A DNA stretch of 63,477 nucleotides, counting the filler, from Sluysia triapertura (Eukaryota), in assembly GCA_046118255.1 (NCBI GenBank). It is 5 parts of 5 records of this genome, joined end to end, with 100 filler letters (N's around TTAATTAATTAA, not from the genome) between each part and the next. Parts side by side here need not be neighbours in the genome. Positions count along the whole stretch, not along the records: positions 1 to 11,343 come from JBJNIA010185757.1; positions 11,444 to 27,229 come from JBJNIA010219139.1; 3 more parts are not named here. One strand, 5' to 3'. Made by a program: the position numbers and the translations under genes. The notes under the pieces were generated by a model that saw only the letters and a list, made by a program, of their open reading frames with translations, was not told where the DNA came from and did no database searches. Of the stretch, positions 1 to 14,519 are shown in pieces. The first letter of the stretch is position 1. Each line of letters starts with the position of its first letter.

Positions 1-71
<71 letters not shown>
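1..71. repeat. (TAT)n microsatellite abutting a 3' splice site
   Basis: Perfect TAT run followed directly by GTAG and an open exon starting at 76. Confidence 0.95.
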
Positions 72-75
72 GTAG

Positions 76-837
76 CAAGATTTGGAAACTTCTAAGAAAA
101 CATGGCACTTGGAACAATTGAAAGCTCTTCATGAAGCAGATGAATTGAAAGCAGAAATTGACGAAGATGACATGCTCTATTGTTACGGCAGGTACGACAT
201 GACAGCTCAGAAGAGAGAATTAGAGCGCCTGAAACGAGAAGAGGCAAAATTATTCAAAGCTGAGCAAGAAAAAATAAATCGTGAAAAAAGTCTGTCATCG
301 TTCAATGACAGTATTATTTGTAGTAGTAATAGTAACTCTAATTTCAACAATAATAGTAATAATAACAGTGGTAATAATTGCGATGGTAATGTGAATCTGG
401 GCGGTGATAATGTCATGGATGAAACTGCATGGTTAAGACGTCAACATTTAATAGCAATGAAACGAAAAAGTAGCGATGAATTGTTTGTGCTGAATAATTC
501 TAAAAGTGGTGGAAAATCGAGAAAAGAAAAAGAACGAATTGCTATGGAAACGGTTTGTCGTAGAAATGGTAATGACAGTAATATTAATAATTGTGATAAT
601 GATAGTGGGGGTGGTGGTGATGATGATGATAATAATAATGATATCGATGATGATGATGACGATGACGATGATAGTAATATTGAAAGTGGTATCGACTTCC
701 ATAGTAATATGTTTCAAGAAAATAAATACGATGAATTTTCTTTTAAAAGTTTCGGATTAAAGAGTGCTAAAATTTGTCGAACAAATTCTATGGTACCATC
801 AGTTCATAATCAATCTATTGTCAGCAATTTTAATAAA
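76..837 (+). CDS. Internal exon, probable C-terminal region of a domino/SRCAP/p400-type SWR1 remodeller
   Basis: AG acceptor at 74-75 and GT donor at 838. QDLETSKKTWHLEQLKALHEADELKAEIDEDDMLYCY resembles the post-helicase 'KxEWELxRLxALxEEEExxxxxEEDEMLxY' segment of domino proteins. Asn/Asp low-complexity sequence follows. Confidence 0.6.
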
Positions 838-1113
838 GTTAGAGTTGCATTATGTATATTCATATGTTACAATTTTTTATTTACTTTTTTAGACATTTTG
901 TCATGATTCTGAGTAGTTTACTAAGATAACTAAGTATTCAATTTAATATAAGTTTTCGTCTTAAATTTTTTTGCTCCCATCAATCACATTTAAGAAATAA
1001 ATAATTAAAAATCTTTTTGAGATTCTTCTTAATAATTGTGATTTCTTTTTCTTTTCTTTTAAATTTAATTGTAAAAGCAAATAACATTTTATTTAGTGTC
1101 CTATTCCTCCCAG

Positions 1114-1528
1114 ATCGTCTGTTTATTCCAGATATTCGAAATTGCGAAACGGTGGTAACTGCAACTCCTATAGAACATCTCATCCCACTCGATATTCGTC
1201 ATCCAAAGTTTGTGTGACAAATTCATTATCAATAAATGCAATAAATCCAGCAACGAAATTTTCGGCAAAAAACGGTGAACACTATCAAAGTACTTACAAA
1301 GTAAATAATCCACAATCACAACGTGTTATACCTTATTATCAATCTCCCTACAACAATAACAATACCAACACAAACAATAGAATGACCGTTCAGAGTCGCA
1401 TAGCTCCACCACAAACTTTAGCTTCAATTGGTCAATATACAACCTCCAACGTTATTGTAAAACCTGCATCTGCGCTTCCAGGAAACAACAAGATACAGAT
1501 ATCGCAGAATTCTTATTGTAAATATCAG
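1114..1528 (+). CDS. Exon of the same gene (low-complexity Ser/Asn/Gln tail)
   Basis: CAG acceptor at 1111-1113 (alternative at 1129-1131), open frame, CAG|GTTTGT donor at 1529. Phase is compatible if a 20-nt micro-exon at 893-912 is included. Confidence 0.5.
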
Positions 1529-2555
1529 GTTTGTATTTCTAGTAGTAGCAATAGATTACCATACAATAACCTAATATTTTGACTGGTAATTTTAAAGAAA
1601 ATAATCGTTTTAAGTTAGTTTTCATGAAACATTGGTTTGATGATCTTTGAGTGGATCATTTATTATTTATCAACACTGTCGATAATTAATTACATCCAAA
1701 TTTTGACTAATTTCATAAATTTATTGAAATGAATCTGTGGACAGTGACTGAAAGTTAATAACCGATAATAACTCATAAGAATGATGCTCTTGTTTATACA
1801 GTAATATATGAATTGATTAGGGTAATATCTACTATAAAATGAGTAATCAAAAACACTTAGAATATATCATTCATTCATTGATATTTTACATTCTCTTAAA
1901 GTTGATTGCATATTGTTATAATTGCTGCATATCTTGAAACCATTTATTTTGATTTCAAAGATACACTCAGAACTTCCATTCGGACATAATTTTGAATTTT
2001 ACTCTCTAATGTTAGATTATGCTTTAAACATTATACAATTTTCGCTTTTTTCCGTAAGAGACGTTGTACAATTATTGTAAGACATTTTCTAATATTTGAT
2101 ATTCTGTTACATACACTTTTTCATGTTCATACTTTATGCACATCTTATCACCTAAAATTGACTCTGATTCCATTTATTTTGGCTTTGTGGTTTCACGTTT
2201 TATCATTTCTTTTCAAATATTTATCAATCAATTTATTAGTTCTGTTTTTCAGAGTATTTTCTCTATTATTGATATGAAAATTCACTATGCATTTGCACAT
2301 TATCGTCATACTTAAGGTGTTTTCTGTCTTCGTAATAATTCTATGCAAACAGAAGCTACAAGTATGACACTATAAACGTATACTCCACAATCGAATTGTG
2401 GAAACTCAAATCACACATTTAAATAATTAAAAACGGTACCGTAATTATTTCATTTCTGCAGTTGAAAGTCAACAAGATTGTTCAGATATGCACAATTATT
2501 TGAATTAATGATCAGTAAGGACGACATTGTCATTTAAATAGCAAGTTTTTACATA

Positions 2556-3022
2556 TTGGGTTGGTCCATAAATTCGGGTGATTTTTACAATGCATACCGA
2601 TCAAGAATATAAACCATGCAAAAAATTCCAGATAACAAAATGAATTTATTAAATCATTAGGTAAAACCAATATCTCAGTCTCAATCGGTGAGATATTCTC
2701 CGTCACAATCGATCACTTCCTTACACCGTTCTGTCACTCCCACGTGTGAAGAAGCTTGGTGATTTTTGGTCGGAAAATTATTCAATCCACGTTCTTATTG
2801 TTTCTTTGTTTTCAATTAAAATAGAAAAGGAGTAGGTGCCGGAAATGTTCATTTTATCTACCTGACACTCCATTTTAATGAGGGTAATGAAAGTGAAAGT
2901 TGGTCTAAAATGATTTAAATAGATAATTCAGCTGAATAAATATAACTCAATCAGTTAAAACAAGAAGTTGGTGTATTTTCTTTGCAACGAATGAAACTGC
3001 ACGAATTTATACACCAACCCAA
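2556..3022 (-). mobile_element. Internally deleted mariner element (intronic)
   Basis: TIRs TTGGGTTGGTCCATAAATTCG and CGAATTTATACACCAACCCAA, with TA on both sides. The minus strand retains a transposase C-terminus, ERCKEVIDCDGEYLTD*. Confidence 0.85.
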
Positions 3023-3458
3023 TAATTTATGTTTTGAAACTTTGAAATAAAATTTATTTCAAATAAAAAAATTTTATTTTATTTTGAATTAGAATTAGTT
3101 ATAAATACTGCAAATTATATATTTAACAATTACTAATATCTATTACTACAGAATATATTATAAAGACAGATGTGGTGATAAAAATAATTACCAGAATGTG
3201 ATTGTGTGCTATTAGAATAATTAAAATTCGAAAATAACGAATACCAAATGTAACAAATTGTGAAAATAATTACCAAAATATCGAAAATCCCAAATCTTAT
3301 ACTTAGATAAAAATATTGAAAAAGACATTTTTATATATTTAATTCATGCATTTTTTTGTTTAAATAATTTGTCGATTGTTTGTGATTGGTTCCTACTCTC
3401 ATAATTTATTAATGTCTATATAAAGTTGGCAAAGGTTATACCACATTTTCTGTTCCAG

Positions 3459-3936
3459 ATAAATGAGTCGAATCAAAATGGAGTCGAAATGTTCGCAGAA
3501 TCTAGCAATAACATATCGCCATTGAATGTGAATCTGAAAAAGCAACCAAATCCGATTATTTCTCATCAGTACACTCAAGTTCCTGGTTCTTTATCAATTC
3601 CTTCAACAACTCGATTTATTATATCGTCTCATAATGTCAATCCTTCGCCTCTCGCATCATCTACTTCTATAGGGTACACTCAATCACAGCCAACACCACT
3701 TCCACCGGTTCCAATTACATTTCAATCCACTCCCACTATCAAAATACAAACGTTACCGCCCCTTTCTACTGGTTCTTCATCATCTCTTACAATGCCTACT
3801 ATTGTCACATCAGCGCCTGCATTACACGTACCACTTCAGTTACGCCCACAATTGCAAGCCCCACAACCTAGTCACATTATCATAAATTCAGCTCAACCTG
3901 TTCTTTTCCTTAACCGACCTCTTAATACACCAACTG
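3459..3936 (+). CDS. Pro/Ser/Thr-rich exon of the same gene; probable final exon 4739-4743
   Basis: TTCCAG acceptor in phase 0 with the previous donor, open frame, G|GTTAGT donor. The next acceptor TTTTAG|GG-TAA at 4738 would end the protein. Confidence 0.55.
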
Positions 3937-4935
3937 GTTAGTTAAATTTACTTTGCCTTTCGTTGTTTAATATAGGATTGGTTATTAGTTTTTTAAAATA
4001 ATTTCATTGGCCACTCAATGAATGGTCATTGTTAATTAGATATGAAAAATGCGACGAGTTACTAATAATATTACTTTCCTGGGGTCACAATTCAGAATTA
4101 GGAAAGTGATTTGTATTTAGCTTTATTGTTACTCAATTCGTTTTTCAAAAGTAAGAATGTTTTACTTTTATTTCTATCTGCAATACGTATTGTTCTCTTC
4201 TATCATACAGTTAGATTGTTTCTGTCTTAGATTACGATCAAATTGTATTAAAATTGAAATTATATATGAGAATTATTCAATTCTCATAACTTTACTGTGT
4301 TTAATGGTTTAGTCATTCTATTCTGACATATCCGACATCTAAAGACAATTGATGTTCTGATACAAATTACAATTTTATAAAGACATAAAGAAATTGAAGC
4401 ACTAAGCCACACACACCTGCTCAGGGGAAGGATTGCATGGTGCCTGTAGTGTCCTAGCCACTTACAGTACTTTTATTACTACCCTTATACATAAATCACA
4501 AAATATACTCTACGAATCATCATCTCATTCCATCTAACATAAACCATCAATTCTACGTTAAAATCATTAATATCAAAATTGTAATAATTAATCACACCAT
4601 TACTAAAATTAATTTTTTTGGCATCACATTCTCCATTCTCATTAACATCATTACGAAGAACACATTTAAAACTCTACATTCTATTTTTGTATTTGTAAAT
4701 GTAAATTATACATTTATAAAATTTGCTGTTTCTTTTAGGGTAAACTGATATTCGTAACGATACTGTATCACTTTGTTCTTTAGTTCTTGTTTGTTTTAAG
4801 TGCGATGATATTGGTGTTGGTTTCTCAAAATTTTTTTTGGAAATTAGAACAAGACGGTTACTTAAACTTCGATTGCAAATCTTTCGAATATTTTATTGGT
4901 TTAACATCAAACTTATGTATACTTTTTGCATATAT

Positions 4936-4937
<2 letters not shown>

Positions 4938-4990
<53 letters not shown>
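4938..4990. repeat. (TAT)n microsatellite
   Basis: Perfect trinucleotide run. Confidence 0.95.
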
Positions 4991-4991
<1 letters not shown>

Positions 4992-7900
4992 ACAACTCTT
5001 CTTTCAAATGTAGTTTATTTTGATCTGTTCCTTAGTTATTCTTTTATTTTTTATTTATCACTCAGTTGTGATTAATATTTGTTAGTATAAAGAAAACTAT
5101 TATTTTGTTTTAATAATTAGCAAAACAATGATTGTTACGATTTTGAAAAATTTTGAATTTTAAAAAATTTACTATCCGAAAGGTATCTTGGTTTGCTTTG
5201 TCTGATTGTGAAAATATATCAAATTTCAATTATAATATATTAAAGTTATAAAATAAAATAATATAAAGTTATAATAATAAAATATATTAAAGTTTTCATT
5301 AACGTTGTTGTTGATAAAGATGTTATTAAAGTAACTACTAAAGTCGTTATTAAGTGTTTTTAAAGCTATGCAGTACATTTCAGACTCGTATGATCGAATT
5401 GTCCAAGAAGTCGAAATGATCGAGGTCTTTTAAGGAACGGTATACGGTATTTTTAAATTTGACTTATTATATTATTGAAGTTGTCAATGACGGTTCTATG
5501 GTTGTTAGGTTGACGAAATATACACGTGTTATTTTTAGTACTGTTTAAGTTTTTGTACGTAAAATTATAAAAAAACTATTTTCAAATTTGGAAATAAATT
5601 TTTCACAAACGTAAAATTTTCTCTATTCGAAATATCGTACCACAAAATTAATTCAGGAGCAACGCATGGAGATATTCTACGAATGATTAAATTAGATTAA
5701 AAATCTTATATATGTTTATACTAATTTAGCTTCAAGTAATTGACAGGATGGTGGTTGCGATTTTTTATGGCATGGTACTCCAGTTTCTATTTGACGCATA
5801 ACATTTTCATTTTTATCAATAATTAAAGTATCAGCAATATCAAAAACATGTCTTTAAATATTACTAATCGACATCTTTAATACAATAAATAATACTTTTA
5901 AGCATTACAGAATGTTAAAAACGCAGATAGTTATCATTGTGATTAAGGTCATTTTCCATATTTGAGTGAAGAATGTAAAAATAATTAATTTTCCTTAAAT
6001 AAAAGCATGCGTTTGAGTATTTTTTTCGTCTTAATGCATTTCATTTATCTTGGTATTGTGTTTTCTTGTTATTGGTTTTTTAGGTAAGGACTTTCTTAAT
6101 TTTGGTTTCATATTTTTAAAGTAATTTATTATTAATGGTGATGATAATGGAGTACGAAAATTATCAATATCTGCATTATGTGTGGGTCTAACATTTTTAA
6201 TGATAGTAGTTTTAAAGATTTAGTACTATAAGAGTATGAACTTTTAAGTATTGATTGTACAAATTAATTTTATGGAATTAAACTATTAGCATACGTTTCA
6301 TAATTGCGCCAAATTTTGATTTTTTTTGTAACTTTTATGATAAACTACACACATTAAAATATTTGCGTGGTCCTACATTTTTGTCATTATATGTTTTGTG
6401 TGTTGGTATGATTTATATGGTCTGATGTTTGATAATTTTGTGATTTGATACATGGATGGTTTTAGATATATATACTTTTTGACAGAGTTGCAATAAGTCA
6501 GTATAGTTGAATAGTTTAAATTGTGTAAGGATCTTACATGTCGTGAACTACTGAATTTATGTAACAGGACGGAAGAGGGAAAGAAGGCGTATTACAGCTC
6601 GAATTCATAAGGAGACATTAAATGTCATAAATATTTAGTGTGCAGACTATAATTTGAAGAAAAGGAGATGTGATTATAAAGAACTGCATTAACAGCTTCT
6701 GGATAGACAAAAGAATTTCACTAGAATGTTTACTGTATATGTTATGTTAATCCCATTTTTTAATCGAGAACTAAATTCTTCATATTAAATCTTGTTCTTT
6801 TACAATTCTTTTGACATTTTAATTTAAAATGTTTATTTTTTAATTCCATTTATTATTCTGATATTAAAATATTAAAAATGATTACTAAAAACGCACTATC
6901 CAACCCTGAAGCAAAAATAACAAAAATAACTCCGATTAAAAAATATAACATACATAAAAATTAAACTGTTTAATCAAATAATATATAAAAAGAGTAATAA
7001 CTCTAACTATTCATATAGGTTGTTGAGTAACCATCCGACAAAGTGGTGTTGTTTCAAGGTGATTCGTCTACGTTCCTCAGCAAAACATTAAAAAACTGGT
7101 AGCAAAACGAACATCAGTTGGCAAACATTTTGCATTAGGTAAACCAAATAAAAAATTTTCACCCATAAATTTAATTTGGATGTTGACTATCTTGCTTGAT
7201 TTCGAATTTCGATTATTAATTTCGTAATCTTAGAACTTCGTAGTTATGTTCCTAATACAAGTCAGAACCTTAACTCTATTGTTTTCTTTTGTTAACATTT
7301 AACAATCTGTTAAAATTCGAATGTTTTCAAATGAAATGGAATTTGATTGGTCAAATTGCATGTATAGATTCGGAAAACATTTTTAAATTGTCCTTTGAAC
7401 TTATTTACGCTTTACAATTTTAATTGTTGACGAAAGACTAATAATTTCATGATACACACCGAAATCTTCAAAAGCTTTTCGCGTTTCGAATTTTTAAAAA
7501 TTTTAATATTAATAAAACAAAATGATTTTTAATCCCAAATTTTTAGAAAAAATTTTTATTATAATTCTTATTTTCTTTATAATCTTGACATAATTTAGTT
7601 ATATTAATTAAAATTTAGTTCATCCTATTACTTAAATATCTTTTTACAGTGATTATATTGTCATTTGTTGAAAGGCGCTGATAACTTAAAATAATTTTAG
7701 GAGACTTTTAATCTACGACAAAAAAAAGTATTTGGTACACAAAACAAATAAAATTAATTGTTTCTTTCTGTCGATATTTTCGATCTTCTGTAACAATTAT
7801 AAACTATCCACACAATATTTTCTACATCTAAAAATAAATTAAAATTAAAAATTCATTCATTATGACTCTCCGGTGAGTCTGGAATATATTTGTCATCAAG

Positions 7901-10544
7901 TGTAATGACTTCTAATGGGTCGACATTTTCTTCTTCGGATTCGGTAATATGTGCTCTATAGTCTCCATTTCTGCCGAATTTCTGAGAGCTACTTGATATT
8001 GCTTGTAATGCTGTAGTAGATCCACTTCATTCATAATAATTATTCAATATAATAAAATTATTTTATAAATGCACTAATTCATATAATAATTTTTTAAATT
8101 TTAACGCAACCTTTGTAATTAATATATGCTAGTATGACGTAAAAAATGACGCAATGATTTCTTTGTAACTATTTATGTATGCATAAATTTTTCTATCTAC
8201 ATACATTAACAAAGAATTAGCTAAATGCTTTGTTCTATTTATGTGTTGGAGTTATAGAGTTTTATAATTTGATGTAAAAAATTAGTTTTTATTTTATTTG
8301 ACTTAGATAGCCGAGGGTAATGAATATTACAAACATTAATAATTAACAATGGAATGAACTGCATATGAAGCGTATCGTTGGTGTAACAAAAGTAGTATGT
8401 GCAACATTTATTGTTGACATAATATAAAACATAATGCCGAAAATAATGAGTAGATGCATTAGAGTAACAATAATGATAAGAATAACGTAGAAGAATTTGA
8501 TTGAGTCATATGTATAGGTAAAATTTAAAAAGATTTAAAAATTTAAAAATCACATTTATAATTCTGATTAAAATCAGATAAATTATTGTGAAGATTTAGA
8601 AAACATTTAATTTGATTACAAATTATTCTATCATATTCAATGTGTGAAGAATGAATTATTTTATTAATATAATTCTTTTCAGCTTTAAGGGCTATTAAAC
8701 TAAGTAAACATTGTTTTATTAAAATATAATACGCAACAATTAATTTATTTTCCAACGAAAAGTTAAAATACTAACGAAGTGTTGAAAAGAATTCGAAATA
8801 TTAAAATGTATTATTTTAAGTGTCTGATTGATAAAAACGAATTGAACGAATATCTTTATTAATAAGAATTACTTAAATTGATATAAAAACCAAAATTATG
8901 ATTAGAGATCGATGTTTCTAATTAAAATGGTATTTGTTGACCAAAATTGACAATAGCACATAACAATTGTAGTAACATTTAATTTAGCATTCAGCAAATA
9001 CACAAAGTCTGAGTAAAATATATAAAGCTTATTCATATAATCTAACGTATTAAAATTGTGATTGTACATTACGAAATAAACTCTAAAGATTTGTTTCACT
9101 GTAAGAATGGAAATTTTAACAAAACATTTCTGAGATGTTAGTCAGTGCAATCACAAAGTACACCAATAAGAACAAGTTACATATAAAATTGCATTATAAA
9201 GTTTATGTATACTTATTTTAGTACTACCTATTTTGAATTTTTGACACTTGACAGATAAAGTGTCAGGCAGATGAGAAATAAGAGAATTATCAACATCAAA
9301 GAATTACTGCACATCTGAGATATCTTGAAGTATTTACCTGTAGACTTGTGAGCATTGGAGGGTCTTACTTTATTGTCGCAAGACTTAAGGAAAGTGATTC
9401 TTGTAGTTCAGGTATGTTGACCTTCGTTTATTTGTTTAGATGCATTTTGGGTTAATCTTAATTAGTAAATCTGCCTCGGCAGCATCCGTATTATAAAAAA
9501 ATTTTAATAAATCGCGCAAGCAAATAATTTTCAAAATTTCAATTAATCTATAAGTATTATCTTTTAGAAAACATATTATATTCTAAATATTTCAACATAT
9601 GAACTTTATTATGCTTTAAATTTAAATTATATTCATCTTTTAAAACTTTGGTTTTTGTACAATTTACATTTACTATTTCTTTACTCTATATTGGCGTGAT
9701 CCCCCTACAAACAAAGAAGGAAAAACAATGAAATTGACAATTTGATTTGAAAAAGTTATCAATTATCTATCTTACCTCTGGAAACACCCATCTATCAACG
9801 AGTTCATTTATTTAATCAAGCTAATTAAAAAGTTTATTTACAACTCGATGATTCCTCAGAAATATTGCGAATATTCGGAAAACATTATACCTATGGATAC
9901 AGGTATGAAACTGTCGAACATTTTTGATATTCCTATAAATTTATATTTAGGCATTCCTGGGTTCTTTCCAGAAATATTTTCTTCATACATGTTAATTAAG
10001 TTTTGAATAAATTATCCAAATAATAAACTAATTGTGCATTTTTTTATGTCGTAGTTGTTTCTCTTTCACTTTCGACTCAAAATGACTAATTGTTAATCCT
10101 ACTATCATTCTAACAAGTTGTCGATTTCCCCAAAGATACTGAATGAATATCGCATTCCTTTTACTTCTATTGAACTAAAGACCGCGCGAATATTGTTTCG
10201 TAAAAGTATTTAATCAACGTCTAAAAATTTCAGATACGTTAGGTTGTCATGAAAATCTTATGGAAAAAGAGAAATGTACTTATAAATTCCGAATATATTT
10301 GGTCAATAAAATAATCACCTCCCACCTCGTTTCGTCATTGACGTAAAAATATCTTTTGATTCGCAGCCAATACCACCTTAATATTTGCATTACAACTGGA
10401 ATATCTAAATTAAATTCTGTTGGTAGACTTCGAATACCTTTTGAGGCATATGGTTTTTCATTGCTGGAAGCAAATTCAATGCAGGCCCAACCTTGAAACG
10501 TTTCTAAGTCAAGTAATTGCTGATAAGAGATGACAGACTATATC

Positions 10545-10880
10545 GTGTTCAATAATTGATCACGTCAGACTCTAGCCATATCCAGCCATTTGAGAAGTTG
10601 GTTAAGATCGTATTATGAGATGATCTATAATACCCATCGTTCATCTCCTGTAATAATTCGATTCAAAAAAGGTTCGATACTCGATGTCTTAATAAAAAAG
10701 AAGTTACAAGAGAGAAACTCATACTAAACCTTAAAATTATGGAAATACAAATGATTTAAAACGGTCCTTTGGTTATTTAAAAGTCTTAGATTACATTCAA
10801 CGAGATTGTTCAGATCTAGGTCTTGTTTGTAAGCCGTAGTTTCCCAATCTAATTATTGAAACCACGTTTCAACTGTTCTA
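10545..10880 (-). mobile_element. Mariner transposase remnant
   Basis: Minus strand at about 10625-10675 reads PFLNRIITGDERWVL, the first catalytic Asp motif of mariner transposases. Confidence 0.7.
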
Positions 10881-11343
10881 AATCTTATAGGATTTATCAA
10901 AAGCGATGTACATAATTTAGCCCTTAAATTATTTAACATTATTTAACTTTAAATATAATAAATCATTTTTAGAAGCTCTTGGTGTAGGTAAAATATTCTA
11001 ACTTATATTCAACAGAATTATGAAAGGACAATTTTAAAATATGAAAATTCAACATTAATGGCACAGTCTTCCAAACGGATTGAACTTGTAAGCATATCTG
11101 TCATGAACCCTCTGATTAGTTGTATCTTCTAAAATAAACGAAATAGTGCTATGCTAACATTATTCTCTGAGACGTAAGCCTGTAGAATATGGCAATATTA
11201 AGTGCAAAATTGCAAAAGATCCGTATTTAAATCAATATTAAGGTGGCAAATTAGATTTTTAAAATGCAGCAAAGTCACTTGTATAAGTCGCGCCTTACAA
11301 ATTTTTTTAAACGACTTTTTCTGTTGATAAGCCGCGGAAGTGT

Positions 11344-11443
11344 NNNNNNNNNNNNNNNNNNNNNNNNNNNNNNNNNNNNNNNNNNNNTTAATTAATTAAN
11401 NNNNNNNNNNNNNNNNNNNNNNNNNNNNNNNNNNNNNNNNNNN
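11344..11443. other. Artificial contig spacer
   Basis: 44 N + TTAATTAATTAA (stops in all six frames) + 44 N. Confidence 0.97.

Positions 11444-11512
<69 letters not shown>
11444..11512. repeat. (ATA)n microsatellite at contig end
   Basis: Perfect run next to the gap. Confidence 0.95.
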
Positions 11513-11515
<3 letters not shown>

Positions 11516-12089
11516 TTAAGGTATTTGAAATTTGAAAATGGAAAAGAAACATTTCGAAAAAATTAATAAAATAAAAATAAGACAAATGCAAAGACACCAA
11601 TTAATAATAAGACGGATGTAAATATATAATTAAGGAATGTACACAACTGAATAAATGTAGCGAATGAAAATATAGCCAGAATGTGATTAATTATTTTATA
11701 AAAAAGAATTAGCTATATAAAGATAAAAATATATGGAATAAGATTAAAATGCGTACCTAATTATAGAGTAAAATTAGATTATGAAGAAATAAACTAAGAA
11801 ATGTGGCCTTTCTTTTCTATTTGATTCCGGAATATGAGAGCAAACAATCTGTTTCATTCGACAATGTCAATCTTGAAATGGTATGCATAGGGTGAAAAAG
11901 AAACAGAAAAGCAAGTAATCTATAAAACGTTGTATTCAAAACAGGGTATAAAGATGTAGATAAGACTGAAGAGAGACGCTAAATAATAAAAAATAAATGA
12001 ACGCGAAACTGCTAATAATATGCATCCGGTTGCATAGTAAACGCGATCATTCGGTTATTTGATAGTAAAAAATAAAACCAAACACTAAC

Positions 12090-12200
12090 CTTGTGAACTA
12101 CACAGCAATCCCAACATCACCATTTTATCTTTTGTAGGGTTACTTTTGGTTTGACATATTACACACTCGTATAACTCGTCGTTTTCTGCTGTATTCAGGT
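12090..12200 (-). CDS. UBR3: Exon of UBR3-like E3 ligase (start of the split RING)
   Basis: TTCAG acceptor and GTTAGT donor. Reads DLNTAENDELYECVICQTKSNPTKDKMVMLGLLCSSQ, like the UBR3 'YDCVIC' segment. Phase matches the preceding exon. Confidence 0.65.
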
Positions 12201-13154
12201 CTGAATGGTCAAAAAAGAAACTTTTAGTAACCAATAGAAATATTGAAATATTAGTAAAAACAAAACATGTTTCCTAACATTTTATCACGTAATCAAGAAG
12301 TACAATTAATCAGTAACTGATCATTATTGATCACTGGAATCAGTGACAACAACACTAACCATGTACATCGTGATCAAAGATAATCATAATAGATCTACAA
12401 TCTAGAAGCTTGTTTTATCAATCAGATTCTTAGAGTAAAATGTTACAATTTTCCTTCGTAAAATGCAGAATTTTATTTTTGTACTTTTGATTAGTAACAT
12501 TGGAGATTTTGTGGTAAGTCGTTAGAAGAAAAGCATCACTGTGATAATTTCTTATTTGAGAAATTCACATTTACGACTAAACCATTTTATTTTGTTTCAC
12601 TGACAATTTCTCCGAATAAATAAATGCTTATGTTTTGTATTTGTATCTTGCTAAGTTATATTATTGTCACTTCAGCTCAATTTTCGATCTTACCATATGG
12701 GATTGTAACAACAATGAGTTATGCTTTTCAATTTTTATTTCTTTAATTTTGCTTTGGAATTTGGATTTGAAAATATGAACCCTAAGATATATCATAACGT
12801 ACAACTTGTGGATAACTTGCAAAACATACATATACAAGTGTAAAAACTTGAAAAAACACTAGGAATAAACTTGTTTTTACAAAATATTCTACTTTATTTA
12901 TTAATTTATGTTTATTTTCCAAAATAATAAATTATTAGTAGCTACTTCTCTTACTGATGAGAGATGTTGCATATAAAGTCAGTTAGAGTCAAATTGTTCA
13001 ATATTACATGATCCGTTATTTGCTGAGACGAAATAGAATCTAAGTAATCGTCAGCAGTGAATAATCAACCTTTGTAAATTTACAGAAAATTGTGGACCCT
13101 GTTTTTTAGCATTTTCATATTTTCATGTATTTGTGCGATTAATGATTTGTTATT

Positions 13155-13345
13155 TTAGCATCCCCATTGCCAACCACACGAGTATACTCGTGTTTGATGT
13201 TTATACATATAAATAACCATTATTTATGACAAAATATGTGTATTTATCTTGAAATAATAAAATCTTAGATAAACAATAACACTCAAAACAGAAACGGCAA
13301 AGCGAATAGCTTCATACAATTTAGGCTTGGCAGCAAATAAGTTAA
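13155..13345. mobile_element. Possible piggyBac-like MITE containing an 18-bp palindrome
   Basis: Imperfect terminal inverted repeats (TTGCCAACC ... GCTTGGCAGCAAATAAGTTAA) and the palindrome ACACGAGTATACTCGTGT at 13176-13193. Confidence 0.4.
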
Positions 13346-13938
13346 TTATTCCAAGCTTATGCACCAAGCTTCAGTAGAGCCTTATTTAATTGAGGCTTCG
13401 AACAGTGTGGCCTGTTGTTAAGATGAAAGTAAGAGCTCAAACGTATGCAAAATAATAAATTATTGATTTATTAGAGTTTGAATATTAAGTTAAAAAACGA
13501 ATTTTTCCATTTAACAATATTTAAAACGAGTTATGCAAATCGTCAATAAATAACCAATGAATTAAGGATGAATTAAATCCGCGACCATTTGGTAATTTTT
13601 AATATTATTTGTAGTAAAAAGTCAGTCTATCTTCTCCTTTGTTCTTTACTACCAATAAGATTCGTTTCTTATGTGCAATGCTTGTTACTGTATTCATAAT
13701 ATAATGTTTGGTAATAATATTTACTTGTCTATGTTTCCATGGTATTGCAGTATTTTCTTATAGCACATGCTTCTATAAAGTCTCCATAGTTACTTAATTT
13801 ATTATCATAATATAATTATTTATTGTTGGATTCTTCTACGAATTTACTGATATAATACATATACAAGATCGTTATTCAAATTAATGAATCAATATATAAA
13901 GTAATTGGGATGTAATTGAACTAATATTTATTTTAAGA

Positions 13939-14016
<78 letters not shown>
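13939..14016. repeat. (ATT)n microsatellite
   Basis: Perfect run. Confidence 0.95.
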
Positions 14017-14265
14017 GCTCTTTGGGAATTCCTGTAGTAAGTCAAACCACTAGCTCGGTCATATTTCATTTTAGTACAAGCTGTGTTATCCACTAAGTTT
14101 ACATTGTCAAGTGATAATCAAAATATGGAAATCTTACTCCCCAACTGTCACCTCACCGCCGCACTAAGATGAATCTTGCTCACTAGATTACATTTCTGAA
14201 AATGTTACTAATCTTATGTCAGTATTCCAATTTCAATTTAAAATAATATTCGAAAGAAAACTAAC

Positions 14266-14481
14266 CAGCACTTAACATTTCCGATTCATGAGTTTTAACA
14301 AACGCCTTCTGTTTCATAGCCATAAGGGCAATAACTTTTTGTCGACGTTCTAGAGCTTTCTGCTTCTTTTCTTGAATAGATTCCAGTAGTTTTCCAGATG
14401 CTGTTTTGATTTGTTGATCTGCAGATGTTGTGTTAACATTTTCGGAACTGAATTCGATTAAATTATTTAGTAATTGCGATA
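14266..14481 (-). CDS. UBR3: Exon of UBR3-like E3 ligase (basic helical region before the RING)
   Basis: Reads ...IQEKKQKALERRQKVIALMAMKQKAFVKTH..., matching the UBR1-3 'KAxxRxxKxxAxxxxxQKxF' motif. GTTAGT donor at 14265. The acceptor is ambiguous (14481 or 14447). Confidence 0.7.
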
Positions 14482-14519
14482 CTACGTATAATAATGCATT
14501 ACTCAGTTAAAGAATAAGC

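Noticed and set aside
207-760. Hydrophobic antisense or alternative-frame ORFs over the first exon, and similar ones at 33114-33413, 44180-44392 and 57382-57816
   Set aside because: Shadow frames of low-complexity coding sequence.
4787-14093. Poly-Tyr, poly-Leu and poly-Ile ORFs (4787-5023, 11388-11600, 13881-14093)
   Set aside because: They are translations of TAT/ATA microsatellites.
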